DNA from: the human T2T-CHM13v2.0 reference genome, Homo sapiens
Direction: 5' to 3' (one strand)
NCBI RefSeq assembly: GCF_009914755.1
Contig: NC_060934.1
Length of the DNA stretch: 64,000 nt
The stretch's first letter is position 1, and the number at the start of each line of letters is the position of its first letter. The position numbers were made by a program, and so were the translations under genes. Shown here piece by piece: positions 23,840-42,431 of this stretch. A model generated the notes under the pieces. That model searched no databases and was not told where the DNA came from. It saw nothing but the letters and a program-made list of their open reading frames with translations.

Positions 23840-23923
23840 GTAAATATCCTTATTCTAGTTTTGAAGAATATGCGTTTATATTTCTATTTTAATTGCTATC
23901 AAAAATAAAATTTTTTTTTATAG

Positions 23924-23988
23924 TTATGAGGAAAAAAAGAGGAAGAGAAGATGAATCATACAATATTTCAGAGGTCATGTCAAAAGAG
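23924..23988 (+). CDS. HELLS: HELLS exon 6 (VMRKKRGREDE...MSKE)
   Basis: atag|, GAG|gtaaaa; 65 nt. Confidence 0.95.
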
Positions 23989-24232
23989 GTAAAAATAAAA
24001 GGGAGAGGGCACCTAACATTTGATGTTGAGTAAAATGTAGGTTTTAAACCACCTTAAATCTGTAAAGATTGAATATTCAATATCACATGAAATATGTTTT
24101 GAATTTAATATTATATATCATTTATAGGTGAAGCTGCCAAAATGTTTGAAGCTATCTACCAACCTACAGTAGACTTGAGACTAATCTGAAACTAATGTCA
24201 TCTGACCTTCATAGACTTTTTTTTTTTTTTGA

Positions 24233-24439
<207 letters not shown>

Positions 24440-24514
24440 TAAGGTGATCCGCCCGCCTCGGTCTCCTAAAATGCCACATTACAGGCGTGAGCCATTGCGC
24501 CCATCCTCACTTAA

Positions 24515-24700
<186 letters not shown>

Positions 24701-24885
24701 TGATCCTCCTACCTCAGCCCCCTGAGTAGCTGGGACTACAGGTGTGTGACACCATGCACAGCTGGCTAATTTTTAAATTTTTTGTAGCAATGAGATGTCA
24801 TATGTTGCCTAGGCTGCTCTTGAACTCCTGGGTTCAAATGATCTTTTTGCTTCAGCCTCCCAAACTGCTGAGAGTACAAGTGTGA

Positions 24886-25050
<165 letters not shown>

Positions 25051-26048
25051 TAGCTGGGATTACAGGCATGTGCCACCACACCCGGCTAATTTTGTATTTT
25101 TAGTGGAGATGGGGTTTCAGTGTGTTGCCCAGGCTGATCTTGAACTCCTGACCTCAGGGGATCCACCCGCCTTGGCCTCCAAAAGTGCTGGGATTACAGG
25201 CGTGAGCCACTGCACCCGGCCTTTGCTGGTTTTCTTATTTGGGTTATTACAGATAACAGTAATAGCTTTGACTCTACCTATTATCTTGTGCTTGTTAAGT
25301 ACCTAGTGGACTTGTATAGCATTTTGCAAGGAACTGTGGAAACAACAGGCATGGGCATAGAGCTTAAAATTACATATATGTTGCGGAGAGTTGGGGGGAA
25401 AGGGTAGGGTAGTAAAGACACTGTCTGACCAGAGCAGATAAGTATTTCAGGGAAAAAGATGGTACCAGCTCTTTGTTAAACGAGTCTGAGCCTGGCCTAG
25501 TCAGAAATTGTCACTATAATTTAACTTTTTGTAACCCCTAACCTTGTCTTAAGAACTTTATTCTTGTTTTTTGTTGAAGACTTTTACGAAACTGAAATCA
25601 TATGCTCTTTTCTAAAACCAGCTTCTTTTTTTCATTTCTCACTTTTTACTTAAAAATATGAATGAATTAGAGCATCTTCAGTTCTGACAAACCAGTTCCT
25701 TAGCATGTTTTTAATGTGTCACATTCTTCCTTTTTTTTTCTTGGAGACAGTCTTGCTCTGTCCCTCAGGCTGGAGTGCAGTGGCGCGATCTCGGCTCACT
25801 GCTACAAGCTCCACCTCCCATATTCAAGCGATTCTTATGTCTCAGCTTCTGAGAAGCTGGGATTACAGGTACCTATTTGTATTTTTAGTAGAGACAGGGT
25901 TTTGCCATGTTGGCCAGGATGGTCTTGAACTACTGACCTCAGGTGATCCTCACGCCTTTATCTCCCAAAGTGCTGCGATTACAGGCATGAGGCACCACTC
26001 CTGGCCACATTCTTATATTTAAAAAAAAAAGCACAACTCTATTGTCTA

Positions 26049-26339
<291 letters not shown>

Positions 26340-26518
26340 TCAGGAGGCTGAGGCAGGAGAATCACGAACCTGGGAGGCAGAGGTTGCAGTGAGCTGAGAT
26401 GATGCCACTGCACTCCAGCCTGGGCAGCAGAGCAAGACTCTGTCTCAAAAAAAACAAAGTTAGGGTCCACTGAAATTCATTATGGTATCTATTCAACTTG
26501 CAGTTTAAAACACTTTTA

Positions 26519-26800
<282 letters not shown>

Positions 26801-28429
26801 TTAAAAAAGAAAAACCACTTTTAATATGCCATACTGAAGTTTAGCCAGTCATACAGCTGTTTATTTAATTTGTTAAATGGTTGTGGAATATCGGTTTTGG
26901 GCAAACTTTGTCATAGGTGGATGAAATCCATTAGTAAAGAAAGGTAAATGCTGTCTTCACCTTAGCCTGCATACAGAGAGAGATATAGGAGTAAGTAGTC
27001 AATGAAATTGAATTTTTTTTTTTTTGAGACAGTGTTTCTATTACCCTGGCTCGAATGCAGCTGGCACAATCTCAGCTCACTGCAGCCTCAACCTCCCAGA
27101 CTCAAGTGATCCTCGTATCTCACACTCCCCAGTAGCAGGGACTACATGCCTGTGCCACCAGGCCTGGCTGATTTTTGTATTTTTTGTAGAGATGGGGTTT
27201 TGTCATGTTGTCTAGGCTGGCCTCGAATTTTTGGGCTCCTGCCTCGGCCTCCCAGAGTACTGGGATTACAGGTCTGAGCCACTGTGTCCGGTTGGGAATT
27301 GGATGTTTATACACCATATTAGAGGGGCTCTTCACTCTGGCATGCAGTTCCTGAACCTTTTCATCTATGAAAAGGAAATGATATCTGTGTTGTGACTTGA
27401 AGGATAAAAGTTAAATTATTTAAAGGTGGGATTAATAGGGAAAGAGTAAAGTACAGGTAAGATAGTGGGGGAGGTGTTTTAGGAAGAAATAATAGCATTG
27501 AACAAATATCCAGGGTCAAGAGAGACTGGCAGTTTCAAAAAACTTGAAGTAAATTATATTTGCCTCCAATTTGTATATAAGTGAAAAGAGTGATGAAGGA
27601 AGGATGAAGCTGTCGATGTAAGCATGGTCAGGAGTTTAAGGCTGCCATAAGTAAAGTAGGAAGCTATTGAAAGATTTTAAGCAAATTTCCATTTTGGTAA
27701 ATCACTTGGCTAGTTTATTCAGAGATCTGTGGGCATAGTAGTTTTTCTTTCTTTCTTTTTCTTTTCTTTTTTTTTTTTTAAGACAGAGTTTCACTGTGTG
27801 GCCCAGGCTGGAGTGCAGTGGTGATCTCGGCTCACTGCAACCTCCGTCTCCCAGTTCAAGCAATTCTTTCACCTCAGCTCCCTGAGTAGTCCAGCGCCTG
27901 GGACTACAGGCACGTGCCACCACGCCTGGCTGTTTTTGTATTTTTTCATAGAGAGGTGGTTTCACCATCTTGGCCAGGCTGGTCTCAAACTCCTGACCCG
28001 AAGTGATCTGCTTGCCTCTGCCTTCCAAAGTGCTGGGATTACAGGTGTGAGCCACCATGCCTGGTCCCATACCAGTTATTCTTTCATTTACTGTTACTTC
28101 TTTCTTCTGTATATTTACTGAATTTCCTGCTCTCTTTTCCTCTTCGCCTAACTAAATTCTTTCCATTGTTTCATTCTCACCTTACTTGCTGAAGAATCTC
28201 TAAATCTGTGAATGCATTTGGAGGGGTATAACCCAATTGAGTGTTCTGCCACTGTGGACCCTGCTCCTCCAAGTTATCCCTTCTGTTTCTTCACCTTTTC
28301 CTTCCTCACTGGGTCTTTGCCTTTCAATTATAGATACATTGTGTTTTCCTGTCTGCAGAACAAAAATTTTTGATCCAGTCTTTCTAGATTGCCCTGTTTT
28401 TTATTCTTTATTTCCAAGGTTTTTTTTGA

Positions 28430-28646
<217 letters not shown>

Positions 28647-28971
28647 TGATCCACCCACCTTGGCCCCCAAAGTGCTGAGATTACAGGCATGAGCCACTGC
28701 ACCGGCCTATTTCCAAGCTTTTTAAGAGTAGGCTGGACTGGACATGATGCCTGACACCTGTTATCCCAGCACTTTGGGAGGCCAGGGTGAGAGGATCACT
28801 TAAGCCCAGGAGTTTAAGACTAGTTTGGGCAACATGGCGAAATCCTGTCTCTACAAAAAGAAATACAGAAATAGCCAGGTGTGGTGGTGCATGACTTTGG
28901 TCCCAGCTACACAGGAGGCTGAGGTGAGAGGATCACCTGAGCCTGGGGAGGTGAAGGCTGCAGTGAGGTGA

Positions 28972-29145
<174 letters not shown>

Positions 29146-29972
29146 TGAGTAGCTGGGACTACAGGCACACGTCACCACGCCCAGCTAATTTTTGTATTTT
29201 TAGTAGAGATGGAGTTTCACCATTTTGGCCTGGATGGTCTAGATCTCTTGACCTTGTGATCCATCTGCCTTGGCCTCCCAAAGGGCTGGGATTACAGGCG
29301 TGAGCCACCGCGCCTGGCCCTTTTTTTTTTTTTTTTAAAGAGTAGCCTGTGCATATTTCCTTACACATTATGCAGTTGAGCAGTTTTACGCCTACCAGTT
29401 GAATTTATTGGTATCTTTGAAATTGATACCTAGCACAAAGCAAACAATTTATCTTTTCCTCTCTTCCGAATCTTGCTCTTTTGTTTTCTCTTTTTTTGGT
29501 GTTAATATCAGAACCAGTATCTACTGTGTCATCTAAAACAATTTAGGAGGTTATCTGAATTTCCTTATATATCTAGATTTTTATCGATTTCTGTGAGTCA
29601 TTTCATTTGCTGCTACTCTGGTGTTTATGCCCTTACTGTGCCCTATTTATAGTAGTTTCTTAATTGATTTTTATAATCCTAGTCTAGCTCTCATTGTCAA
29701 GAGTACCAGATTGGTTTTTCTGAAACTCAAATATAATTACTCATAACCTCCATTACTTTTTATGGTTTCACAAGGAATTGCATTTTCTTGTAGAAAAATT
29801 TGAGAATAAACAAAATACAAGGAAATCACCTGAAAAGCTGTCACACAGATAATCACTAACATTTTGGTATATGTATGTTCTTTTTCTTTGTATTACGGAA
29901 AATCTCAAAAATTACAAATGTTTAGAGGATAGTAAATTGAATGTCCACCTTTATCACTTTTTTTTTTTTTGA

Positions 29973-30261
<289 letters not shown>

Positions 30262-30280
30262 TAATTCTGGGATATTTTAA

Positions 30281-30574
<294 letters not shown>

Positions 30575-31946
30575 TGAGCCACCATGCCCGGCCAAGACTA
30601 TTTTTTAGAACCATAACCACAATACAGTTACCACACTTTTGAAAGTCGATGGGAATTCCTTAATATTTAAATTTCTCAATAGGCTAATTTTTATTTTTAG
30701 GGATGGGGGCTTGCTGTATTGACGAGACTGGAGTGCAGTGGCTATTCCTGAGTATTGTCATAGTGACTACACCTCAAACACCTGGGCTCACATGATCCTC
30801 CTGCCTCAGTGTCCCGAGTAGTAGTGCAGGGACTATAGGCACTTACCGCTGTGATCTGCTTAGCTCATACATTTTAAAAAAATAGTTGGTTCAAATCAGG
30901 ATCCGAAAAAGTTACATAAATTGTGTTTGATTAATGCGTATCTTGGGTCTCTTTTAGATCTAGAGTGTCTCTCATCTTTTTTAAGAAACATTATTTGTTG
31001 AAGAAAATGAGTAATTCTGTATAATTCCCCACATTCTAGACTTTACTGATTGTATCCCCATGATTTCTCTGCCTCTTGTGTTTCCTGTTAACTATAGTAA
31101 CTATAAGTTAAATACGGAAGTTTGTGATTAAGGTGTTTTTTTATTTTTTTTTTTATTTTTATTTTTTTTTGGGAGACAAGATCTTTCTCTGTTGCCCAGG
31201 GTGGAGTGCAGTGGTGCCATCTCGGCTCATTGAACCTCTGATTGCTGGGCTCAAGCAATCCTCCCACCTCATCCTCCTGAGTAGCTGGGACTACAGGCGT
31301 GTACCACCAAGCCCAGCCAACATTTATATTTTTTGTAGAGATGGGATCTCACCATGTTGCCCATGCTTGATTTTTAATAAGAATACTTCATTGGTGGTAT
31401 TTATAGATTTTGATTTATTTCCAAATTGTTCTTTCAAAAGTTTCATTTTATCTAGTCATTTTACAGGACAGCTTTTATCAGTTCCTGGTATAAAATCCTT
31501 TTAGCCTCAGCCTTATAATATGAATATCTATACATACATAATACTTCATACACACACGATATACATATATTCCCATGTATATATATGTGTGTGTGTCAGC
31601 CACTTACATGTCCTGTTACTCTTCTATGAATCTTAAATTTGATATTGCTGTTTTGAATCTACTTCATCCCCTATGCCTTCTATATTCTCTCTGCTTGAAA
31701 TCTACCCTCACTATCTTGAATGATGAAGCCTGGTGACAACTTTTTAGATAATTTTATGTAAGATAATTATTTGCTAAGTCATCCAGTGACATACTCGGGT
31801 ATTGTTTGTCTCCCTACCAGCAGCATCTAGTAGGTACTTCAAAATCAGAGCACTTTATTCTGTATTTTTAATTTTTTCTGTCTTTGCCTCTTACCCAGGA
31901 ATGCAAACTCAGATGTCTATCCACAGAGGCCTAAAGTGGGCTGTAA

Positions 31947-32188
31947 CATGGTTTGGCAAACTTTTTCTGTAAATAGCCAGATAGTAAATATTTTTAGCTT
32001 TTGAGTAGTTTTGTGGGCAACTACTCAACCCTGTACTCTGCTGTTGTTGCTTGAAAGCAGCCATAGACAAACCGTAAACAAGTGAGGCTGACTTTGTTCC
32101 AATTTATCCCATTTCTTTGCTTTTAAAAAAATACCTGTGTATTCGCTTAGCTGGAGTTGGTCTACAGGCTGTAGTTTGCTGACCCCAG
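31947..32188. mobile_element. MER58A (hAT-Charlie)
   Basis: ggcaaactttttctgtaaa...ccagatagtaaatatt...gcagccatagaca...gtagtttgctgacccc. Confidence 0.8.
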
Positions 32189-32499
32189 GACTAGAGGTTT
32201 GTTGCCATGTGTGAATTTGTACTTAATCTACTCAGATTAAAAGAAAGAAAAGCTGGAAAATCACTGTATTTGATGAAATATCCCATTGTATAAGTGTTCC
32301 CAAATTAGCCTAGAATGTTATGAAATATTATGAGCCAGTAATGTCTATAGGCTTATTTCTGCCTGAAGGCTACTAGTTTTATCTTGAGAATCTCATCCTC
32401 ATTTCCTGGCAAAATGAGCACAGAATAAATGCTTGTTGAATAAATAAATAAATGAACTTCATACATTATTAATTTGTTTTTGTTTTCTCAAACTACTAG

Positions 32500-32541
32500 G
32501 AAATTTTGTCTGTGGCTAAAAAAAATAAAAAGGAGAATGAG
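32500..32541 (+). CDS. HELLS: HELLS exon 7 (EILSVAKKNKKENE)
   Basis: ctag|, GAG|gtaaga; 42 nt. Confidence 0.95.
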
Positions 32542-33988
32542 GTAAGAAATTTATAATGTAAGATTAAGTTTAGAAGTCATATTTACTCCTCAGTTACTAG
32601 TCCTTTTTCTTTAATCAGCAGTATACGTTCTTCTCACTATTATCCTGTTTCTTTGCTTTAAAAAAAAATACCTATGTATTCACTTCTTCCATATCCAACA
32701 TTCTTCTTTTTTATGTATCAACTTTAGTTAGTTGTTTTATTGCATGATTCTTGATGTATAAATGTTAATTTATGGGTCTAGCAATGTTGCTTTTAACTTG
32801 TGAATCTGGCAGTGATACAAGTGCTCGTAACCATGTGGATATAAACCGTGAATCATCTTATGGAAGCTGTGAGGGATGCCTTAATCTTGCTTCAGACCTT
32901 AAAGATTTTTTAAGTTTCTTAAAAGTTCTGTTTGAGAAGGCTTGATTTCCGAGCCACCTCTTCACTTAGCCCATTTCATGTAGAGAGGTTCCTTGTTATC
33001 TGACTTTTTATTGTTCAAGTACTTAAAATTACAAGGTTGCCTAGGGAAGCAAAATAATCATGACATGAAAATATTCATGAATGGATATGAACTTCAGGTA
33101 GTTAATTTACATATTAAAGATTTTTAGGCCTTTGGGAAATTAATGTTATGTTTATAAAATGAGAGATAATCTATTTGGTCATATAATTTTGTCCAAAATT
33201 TATATTGTAAAAGTGTCTTGGTTTTTATTCTTTGTTAAGTTATTAAGGACTGGTTTATGGGTGCAGTTTAGTTGGATTTTTAAAGATTTAGTTAGATAAA
33301 CATTTAGTTGGATTTTTAAGATAAAGTCTAGATGTAATCTTCTGTAATTTACTATGGGATTTTGGCTTCATTTTATAACTTACAGTCAGTAAGAAATAGT
33401 TGTTAAGTATGGTATTTTAATGAATTTCGACACTTGCATACACTTGTGTAACCACCATCCAAATCAAGGTATAGAACATTTCCATTGTAAAGGGATCTCT
33501 TCTATGTCTTTCCACCCCCAAACCCAGAGGAGGCCACTTTTTACACCTTTTATAGGATGGCTTATTATTTCCTTTCCACTCAACATGTCTGTGATACTCA
33601 TTTATGTTGTTGAGCATATTAGTAACCGGTTTCTTCTTATTGACTAGTATTCTGTTGAATGAATGTTACAATTTTCTCATCCATCCCCTTATTGATGGGC
33701 ATTTGGGTTGTTTGCAGTTTGTGACTTTTATGAGTAAGGTTGCTATGATAATTTGCACACAAGTCCATGTGTAGACATGTTTTCATACTTTCTGCCTGTG
33801 TACCTGGGAATGGTATTGTTGTGTTACGTGGCAAATGTGTGTTCATAAGAAAGTACAGATTTTCCCCCCCAAAGTAAACACATCATTTTATTCTCTCGCC
33901 AGCAATGTTTGAAAACTCCAGCTTACATTATTGTCAGCATTTGATAGTCTTTTTAATTTCAGCCATTTTATTAGATGAGAAATGGTAA

Positions 33989-34306
<318 letters not shown>

Positions 34307-35071
34307 TGATCTGCCTGCCTTGGCCTCCCAAAATGCTGGGATTACAGGCGTGAGCCACCATGCCCGGCCTGTATGTTTTCTTTTGTAAAGTATCTGTTAA
34401 TATCTTTTGCCCGTCTTATTTATGCGTACTGTATTTTCTGTGTAACAGTTTAATAAATTATTGAGTATCACAATATTAGAAGTTTGGAAGAGAGATACAA
34501 TTCTAATGATCTTTTCAAAAGTATGTGCCTGATTTTAATTTGTAAGGGTTATTCTCAGATTTTTATATTTTATTTTATTTTATTTTATTTTATTTTTTGA
34601 GATGGAGTCTTCTGTCACCCAGGCTGGAGTGCAGTGGCTGTGTTCATGGCTCACTGCAGCCTTGACTTCCTGGGTTTAAGTGATCCTCAGCCTCCCGAGT
34701 AGCTGGGATACAGGCAGTTGCGTGCAACCACACCCAGCTAATTTTTTGTATTTTTAGTAGACACAGGGTTTCGCCATGTTGTCCAGGGTTGTCTTGGATA
34801 CCTGGACTCAGGTGATCCTCCTGCCTCAGCTTCCCAAAGTGCTGTGATTGTAGGATTAGCCACTGTGGCAGCCTGTTATTTTTTTTTTTAGTAGCTTTTC
34901 ATTTGTAGAGGGATGGCGATGTCTCCAGTTTTTTAATCCAGGTGTGATCTTAGTCTTCTATACTTAATGATTATAGGACTCAGTAGATTTTGTTAGTTGC
35001 ATTTTCTGATAAATGGTGGCATACAGCAGCATTTTGTATAACACATCTTATTAAACTTTTTTTCTCTACAG

Positions 35072-35299
35072 GATGAAAACTCCTCCTCTACTAATCTCTG
35101 TGTGGAAGATCTTCAGAAAAATAAAGATTCGAATAGTATAATTAAAGATAGATTGTCTGAAACGGTTAGGCAGAATACTAAATTCTTTTTTGACCCAGTC
35201 CGGAAGTGTAATGGTCAGCCAGTACCTTTTCAACAACCAAAGCACTTCACTGGAGGAGTGATGCGATGGTACCAAGTAGAAGGCATGGAATGGCTTAGG
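35072..35299 (+). CDS. HELLS: HELLS exon 8 (DENSSST...[14 protein letters not shown]-motif region)
   Basis: acag|, AGG|gtaatg; 228 nt. Confidence 0.97.
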
Positions 35300-35665
35300 G
35301 TAATGAATTGGAATTTTTAATACAAGATACTGGTTTTATTTCTATAGTAGCCTAATGATTTGAGGTACCACAACTTGAGTCATTTCTATCATGTTTCACT
35401 ATTATACATTTGTATGTGGATACTTGCTTTCTGATTTCTTTACCCTGAATTTTTAGAAGTAGAAATTACCTTGTTAATGGCTTCCAGCACTTTTATGGCT
35501 TTGATAAAGGACTTTCCAGTGTTGTTATAATTTATGGTGTGAATATATCAGCTTTAACATAATTCTCATCTTTGGGTGTGATTTTTTAAAGAGAAGAAAT
35601 AAAATATTGTAATCCTGTAGTTGTTTATATCCAAGTTTAAATACAGTATCTATTATTTTGTCCAG

Positions 35666-35848
35666 ATGCTTTGGGAAAATGGAATTAATGGCATTTTAGC
35701 AGATGAAATGGGATTGGGTAAGACAGTTCAGTGCATTGCTACTATTGCATTGATGATTCAGAGAGGAGTACCAGGACCTTTTCTTGTCTGTGGCCCTTTG
35801 TCTACACTTCCTAACTGGATGGCTGAATTCAAAAGATTTACACCAGAT
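35666..35848 (+). CDS. HELLS: HELLS exon 9 (Walker [11 protein letters not shown]; motif Ia)
   Basis: ccag|, GAT|gtaaga; 183 nt. Confidence 0.98.
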
Positions 35849-36764
35849 GTAAGACATGCTTCCTTATGTTAAAATTATAATTTTACATGTTTTCTTATGC
35901 TTTGTTGTAGTAGGAATTAAATTGTAGAACTCTTATAATTATATTGGTTTCTGTATAAATATTTTGTCTGATTTGACTTACTCAATCTGCACAATACCCT
36001 AATTTAAATTTATATAGTATAGGTTTTGGAAATCCCTGACATCTTTCCTAAAATATTCCTGAATGATTTTCAGTGCATTGGTAATTTGATTCGACTGAGA
36101 CAGACTTAGGTAGAGATTTTATTAAAAATTCTGCTTGTTCTTCACTTGATCTTTGCCAAAAGGCTAAGAAGAGAGTTTTCTGTTTTTTCTGTACTTGTTA
36201 CCTTCTGCAATTTTTTTTTTTTTTTTTTTTTTTGAAATGGAGTCTCTGTTACCCAGGCTGGAGGGCAGTGATGCAGTCTTGGTTCACTGCAATCTCTGCC
36301 TCCCATGATGAAGCAATTCTTGTGCCTGAGCCACCGGAGTAGCTGGGATTACAAGCATGTGCCACCATGCCCAGCTAATTTTATGTTTTTAGTAGAGACG
36401 ATGTCTTGCCATGTTGGCCAGGCTGGTCTTGAACTCCTGGCCTGAAGAGATCTGCCCACTTTGGCCTCTCAAAGTACTGGGATTATAGACGTGAGCCACT
36501 GTACCTCCCGGGCCCAGCCCTTCTGCACATTTTTGCCTTATGAGAAATATATATATTCTAGACGTAGTATCACCATCTGTCTCATTTTATATATTTATAT
36601 ATATATTATTTATTTATTTATTTTGAAATGGAGTCTGTCTCTGTCACCATGCTGGAGTGTAGTAGCTGGGACTACAGGCGCACACCACAAGGCCAGGCTA
36701 ATTTTTTGTATTTTGGTAGAGACAGGATTTCACCATGTTGGCCAAGATGGCCTCTATCTCCTGA

Positions 36765-37351
<587 letters not shown>

Positions 37352-37771
37352 TAGCTCATGTGAACCTCCCATCTCACTCCACTGGGTGAGTAGCTGGCAC
37401 TACGGGTGCGTACCACCACACCAGCTAATTTTTGTATTTTTTGTAGAGATGGGATTTCTCCATGTTGCTCAGGTTGATCTCGAACTACTGGACTTTAGAG
37501 ATCGGCTTGCCTTGGCTTCCCAAAGTGTTGAGATTATAGGTGTGAGCCATTGTGCTGGGCCTGACTTTGTTTTTTTGTTTGTTTTTTTTTCATTTTCTCC
37601 CATAATAGTTCAATGATTTGTTAGAATTGCTTGGCTTATTTTGCTATAGAAAAATAGAAATAAAATTTTTTAAAATTATATTTTTTCCCTCAGAATGATT
37701 TATATTTTCTAAATAGTCAATATTTACATTTTGTTCTTAAGTCTGATAAAAATCAATATAAAATTTTTCAG

Positions 37772-37915
37772 ATCCCTACAATGTTATATCATGGAACCCA
37801 GGAGGAACGTCAAAAATTGGTAAGAAATATTTACAAACGGAAAGGGACTTTGCAGATTCATCCTGTGGTAATCACGTCATTTGAAATAGCCATGAGAGAC
37901 CGAAATGCGTTACAG
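37772..37915 (+). CDS. HELLS: HELLS exon 10 (IPTMLYHG...RNALQ)
   Basis: tcag|, CAG|gtacaa; 144 nt. Confidence 0.97.
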
Positions 37916-38889
37916 GTACAAATGATCTTCATTGGTTTCTTTGTAATACATAAAACATGCTTTTCTTCATTTATATCACTTTCTCACCATCTGGGAGCAT
38001 TTGTCTAATTTTTTTTTGTTGTCGAAATAATAGATTATATTGTGCATATACCTGTAGAAGCTGGAAACTTTTATTAACAGAATGATTGGGATGAAGGCCA
38101 TCATTTGTAACAATATAATTAAAGCTTATGGCAGTTTAACCTATGGCTTAGAATCATCCAGAAATAGACCTAATCTCGGAATGTATTACAGATATATTTG
38201 TGACAGGTACTTTGAATATATGGAATTTACTTATCGTATTTTAATCAAATAAGAGTATTTGAAGACAAGTTATTTTTAGAGTATCTTATTGGACTATTTG
38301 GTAGCATTTTCGTTTCTATTTTCTTGATGTTCTAGCTACTTATTTAAATAATTTCCAGTTAGCATAACAGAATTGAAAGATTGACCTTTTTTCTTTCATG
38401 CCTTCTGTTTTCATTTATTGGTGTTTTGAACTTCTTCCTCACTGCTCTACCTCATTCATTTATAATTCTTGACTGCTTTTTTTTTCCTTTCTCTGGCCAT
38501 GTGAGAACCCTCTTAGTGCAGTCCCCTTAGGTTTATCTTGCTTGCTTGGAAATAGGAAAGTATTTAATGGTTTCAACATAAAATCAAAACACATAAGTCA
38601 TAAATAGAATAATTATGACTTGCATAATTATGACCAGTATTGTCAGGTTTTATGTGTCTGCTGGTAAAACTTTGGAATATGATTTGCAGAAATCTCAGTT
38701 CAGGAGTTTAGCAAAGTTTATGAATGTGTACAGCATTAAAAAGTATTTAAACCAGGCCGGGCATGAAGGCTTATGCCAGTAATTCCAGCACTTGGGAGTC
38801 TGAGGTGGGCAGATCCCTTGAGGCCAGGAGTTCCAGACCAGCCTGGCCAACATGACGAAACCCTGTCTCCACTAAAAATACAAAAATTA

Positions 38890-39321
<432 letters not shown>

Positions 39322-39363
39322 CTACAGTGAGAGTCTGTCTCAAAAAGAAAAAAAAATTTAAAC

Positions 39364-40198
39364 CAGTAGTCCCCAACCTTTTGGCACCAGGAACCGGTTT
39401 TGTGGAAGACAAGTTTTCCATGGACCATGGGTGGGGGATGGTTTCAGAATGATTCAAATGCATTATAATTATTGTGCACTTTATTTTTATTATTATAAAA
39501 TTGTCATATATAATGAAATAATAGGGCTGGCCGTAGTGGCTCACCCCTGTAATCCCAGCACTTTGGGAAGCTTAGGCGGGCAGATCACTTGAGGTGAGGA
39601 GTTTGAGACCATCCTGGCCAAGATGGTGGCCAACATGGTGAAACCACATCTCTACAAAAATACAAAAATTACCTGGGCATAGTGGCCTAGCTCCTTGGGA
39701 GGCTGAGGCAGGATAATTGCTTGAACCCGGGAGGCGGATGTTGCAGTGAGCCGAGATCATGCCGCTTGGTTGGCTGGGCAACCAAGTGAGACTGTGTCTC
39801 AAAATAATAATAATTTTACAACTCAACATAACGTAGAATCAGTGGTAGCCCTGAGCTTGTTTTCCATCTAGGGATGATGGGAGACAGTGACAAATCATCC
39901 ACCATTAGATTTTTATAAGGAGCGCACAACCCAGACAACCCAGATCCCTTGGATGTGCAGTTCACAATAGTGTTCATGCTCCTATGAGAATATAATGTCT
40001 CCTGATCTGACGGGAGGCAGAGCTCAGGCCATAATGTGAGCAGTGGGGAGTGGCTGTAAATACAGATGAAGCTTCCCTTTTCTGTAAATACAGACGAGGC
40101 TTCCCTCGCTCACAGCTGCTTACCTCCTGCTGTGTGGCCTGGTTCCTAACATGCCATGGACCCCTACAGGTCTGTGACCTGGGGGTTGGGGACCCCTG
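39364..40198. mobile_element. MER1A (hAT-Charlie) with an internal Alu (+39524-39812)
   Basis: TIRs cagtagtccccaacc...ggttggggacccctg; 8-bp TSD atttaaac/atttaaag. Confidence 0.85.
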
Positions 40199-40199
40199 A

Positions 40200-41587
<1,388 letters not shown>

Positions 41588-42431
41588 AAGGATATTTTAT
41601 ATTTTTATCTGGATTTTTAGATAGCTGTCTTACAGTGAGAGATAATTCAGGTTTTTTGGTTTAACATATTGCCAGGAAAATAAATCCTTTCTTGGTTATT
41701 TTAATAAAGAAGATACAGTACTATAAACTTTTTTCATTCTTTTGGGATGTATAAAGCAAAATGCAAAACGTTCTCTATACTCTTTCCTCAATTTGTCAGT
41801 CCCATTTTTTAAGGATAGTTATATTTTTCAGATTGTTATTTATATTTCCAGAAATACTTCATATTTCTGTATGTTAATATAAATTAGATTAATTATAAAT
41901 TTTCCTGATTAAGATATATGAGAAATCACAGATATTAAAATGAGAAAGTTAAAACAATTTCCTTGATAACTTTATGAAAGTGAGTGGGTGACTTTCTGTG
42001 AAAATATAAATTGCTTAAATAAGGGAAAATTCTAGTGCTATTTGATGTTTCAGCACATATGGAACTAATAAAAGCTCAATTTTTAGTAGTCTAGTGTAAC
42101 ATTAATATCAAAACTTGGGAAAATATTAGAAAAGAAAGCTACAACTGCGTTGACTAAGGTGTGAATAGGGAAATCTTAAATTCAAAATAGGTGGAGTTCA
42201 AACTTTATTGCATATTTTAGTAGGTCTCTTCCAGGAACAGAAATATCTATCAGTTTTAGGAATCCTTGTAAGTGGATCAAATGAAAACATGATCATTTCA
42301 GTAGTTACTGAAATTACATTTGATAAAATTCAACATCCATCCCTCATAATAGAGGTTTTATTTTTAGAATTCTTGTTAGAAAAATTGTGAGATCATTGTT
42401 TAAAAATCTTTTTCCTCAATTCGTTTTCTAG

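Noticed and set aside
33267-33319. 17-nt direct repeat tttagttggatttttaa, similar to the 25-nt duplication at 40054-40106
   Set aside because: Ordinary local tandem duplications with only two copies; not an array
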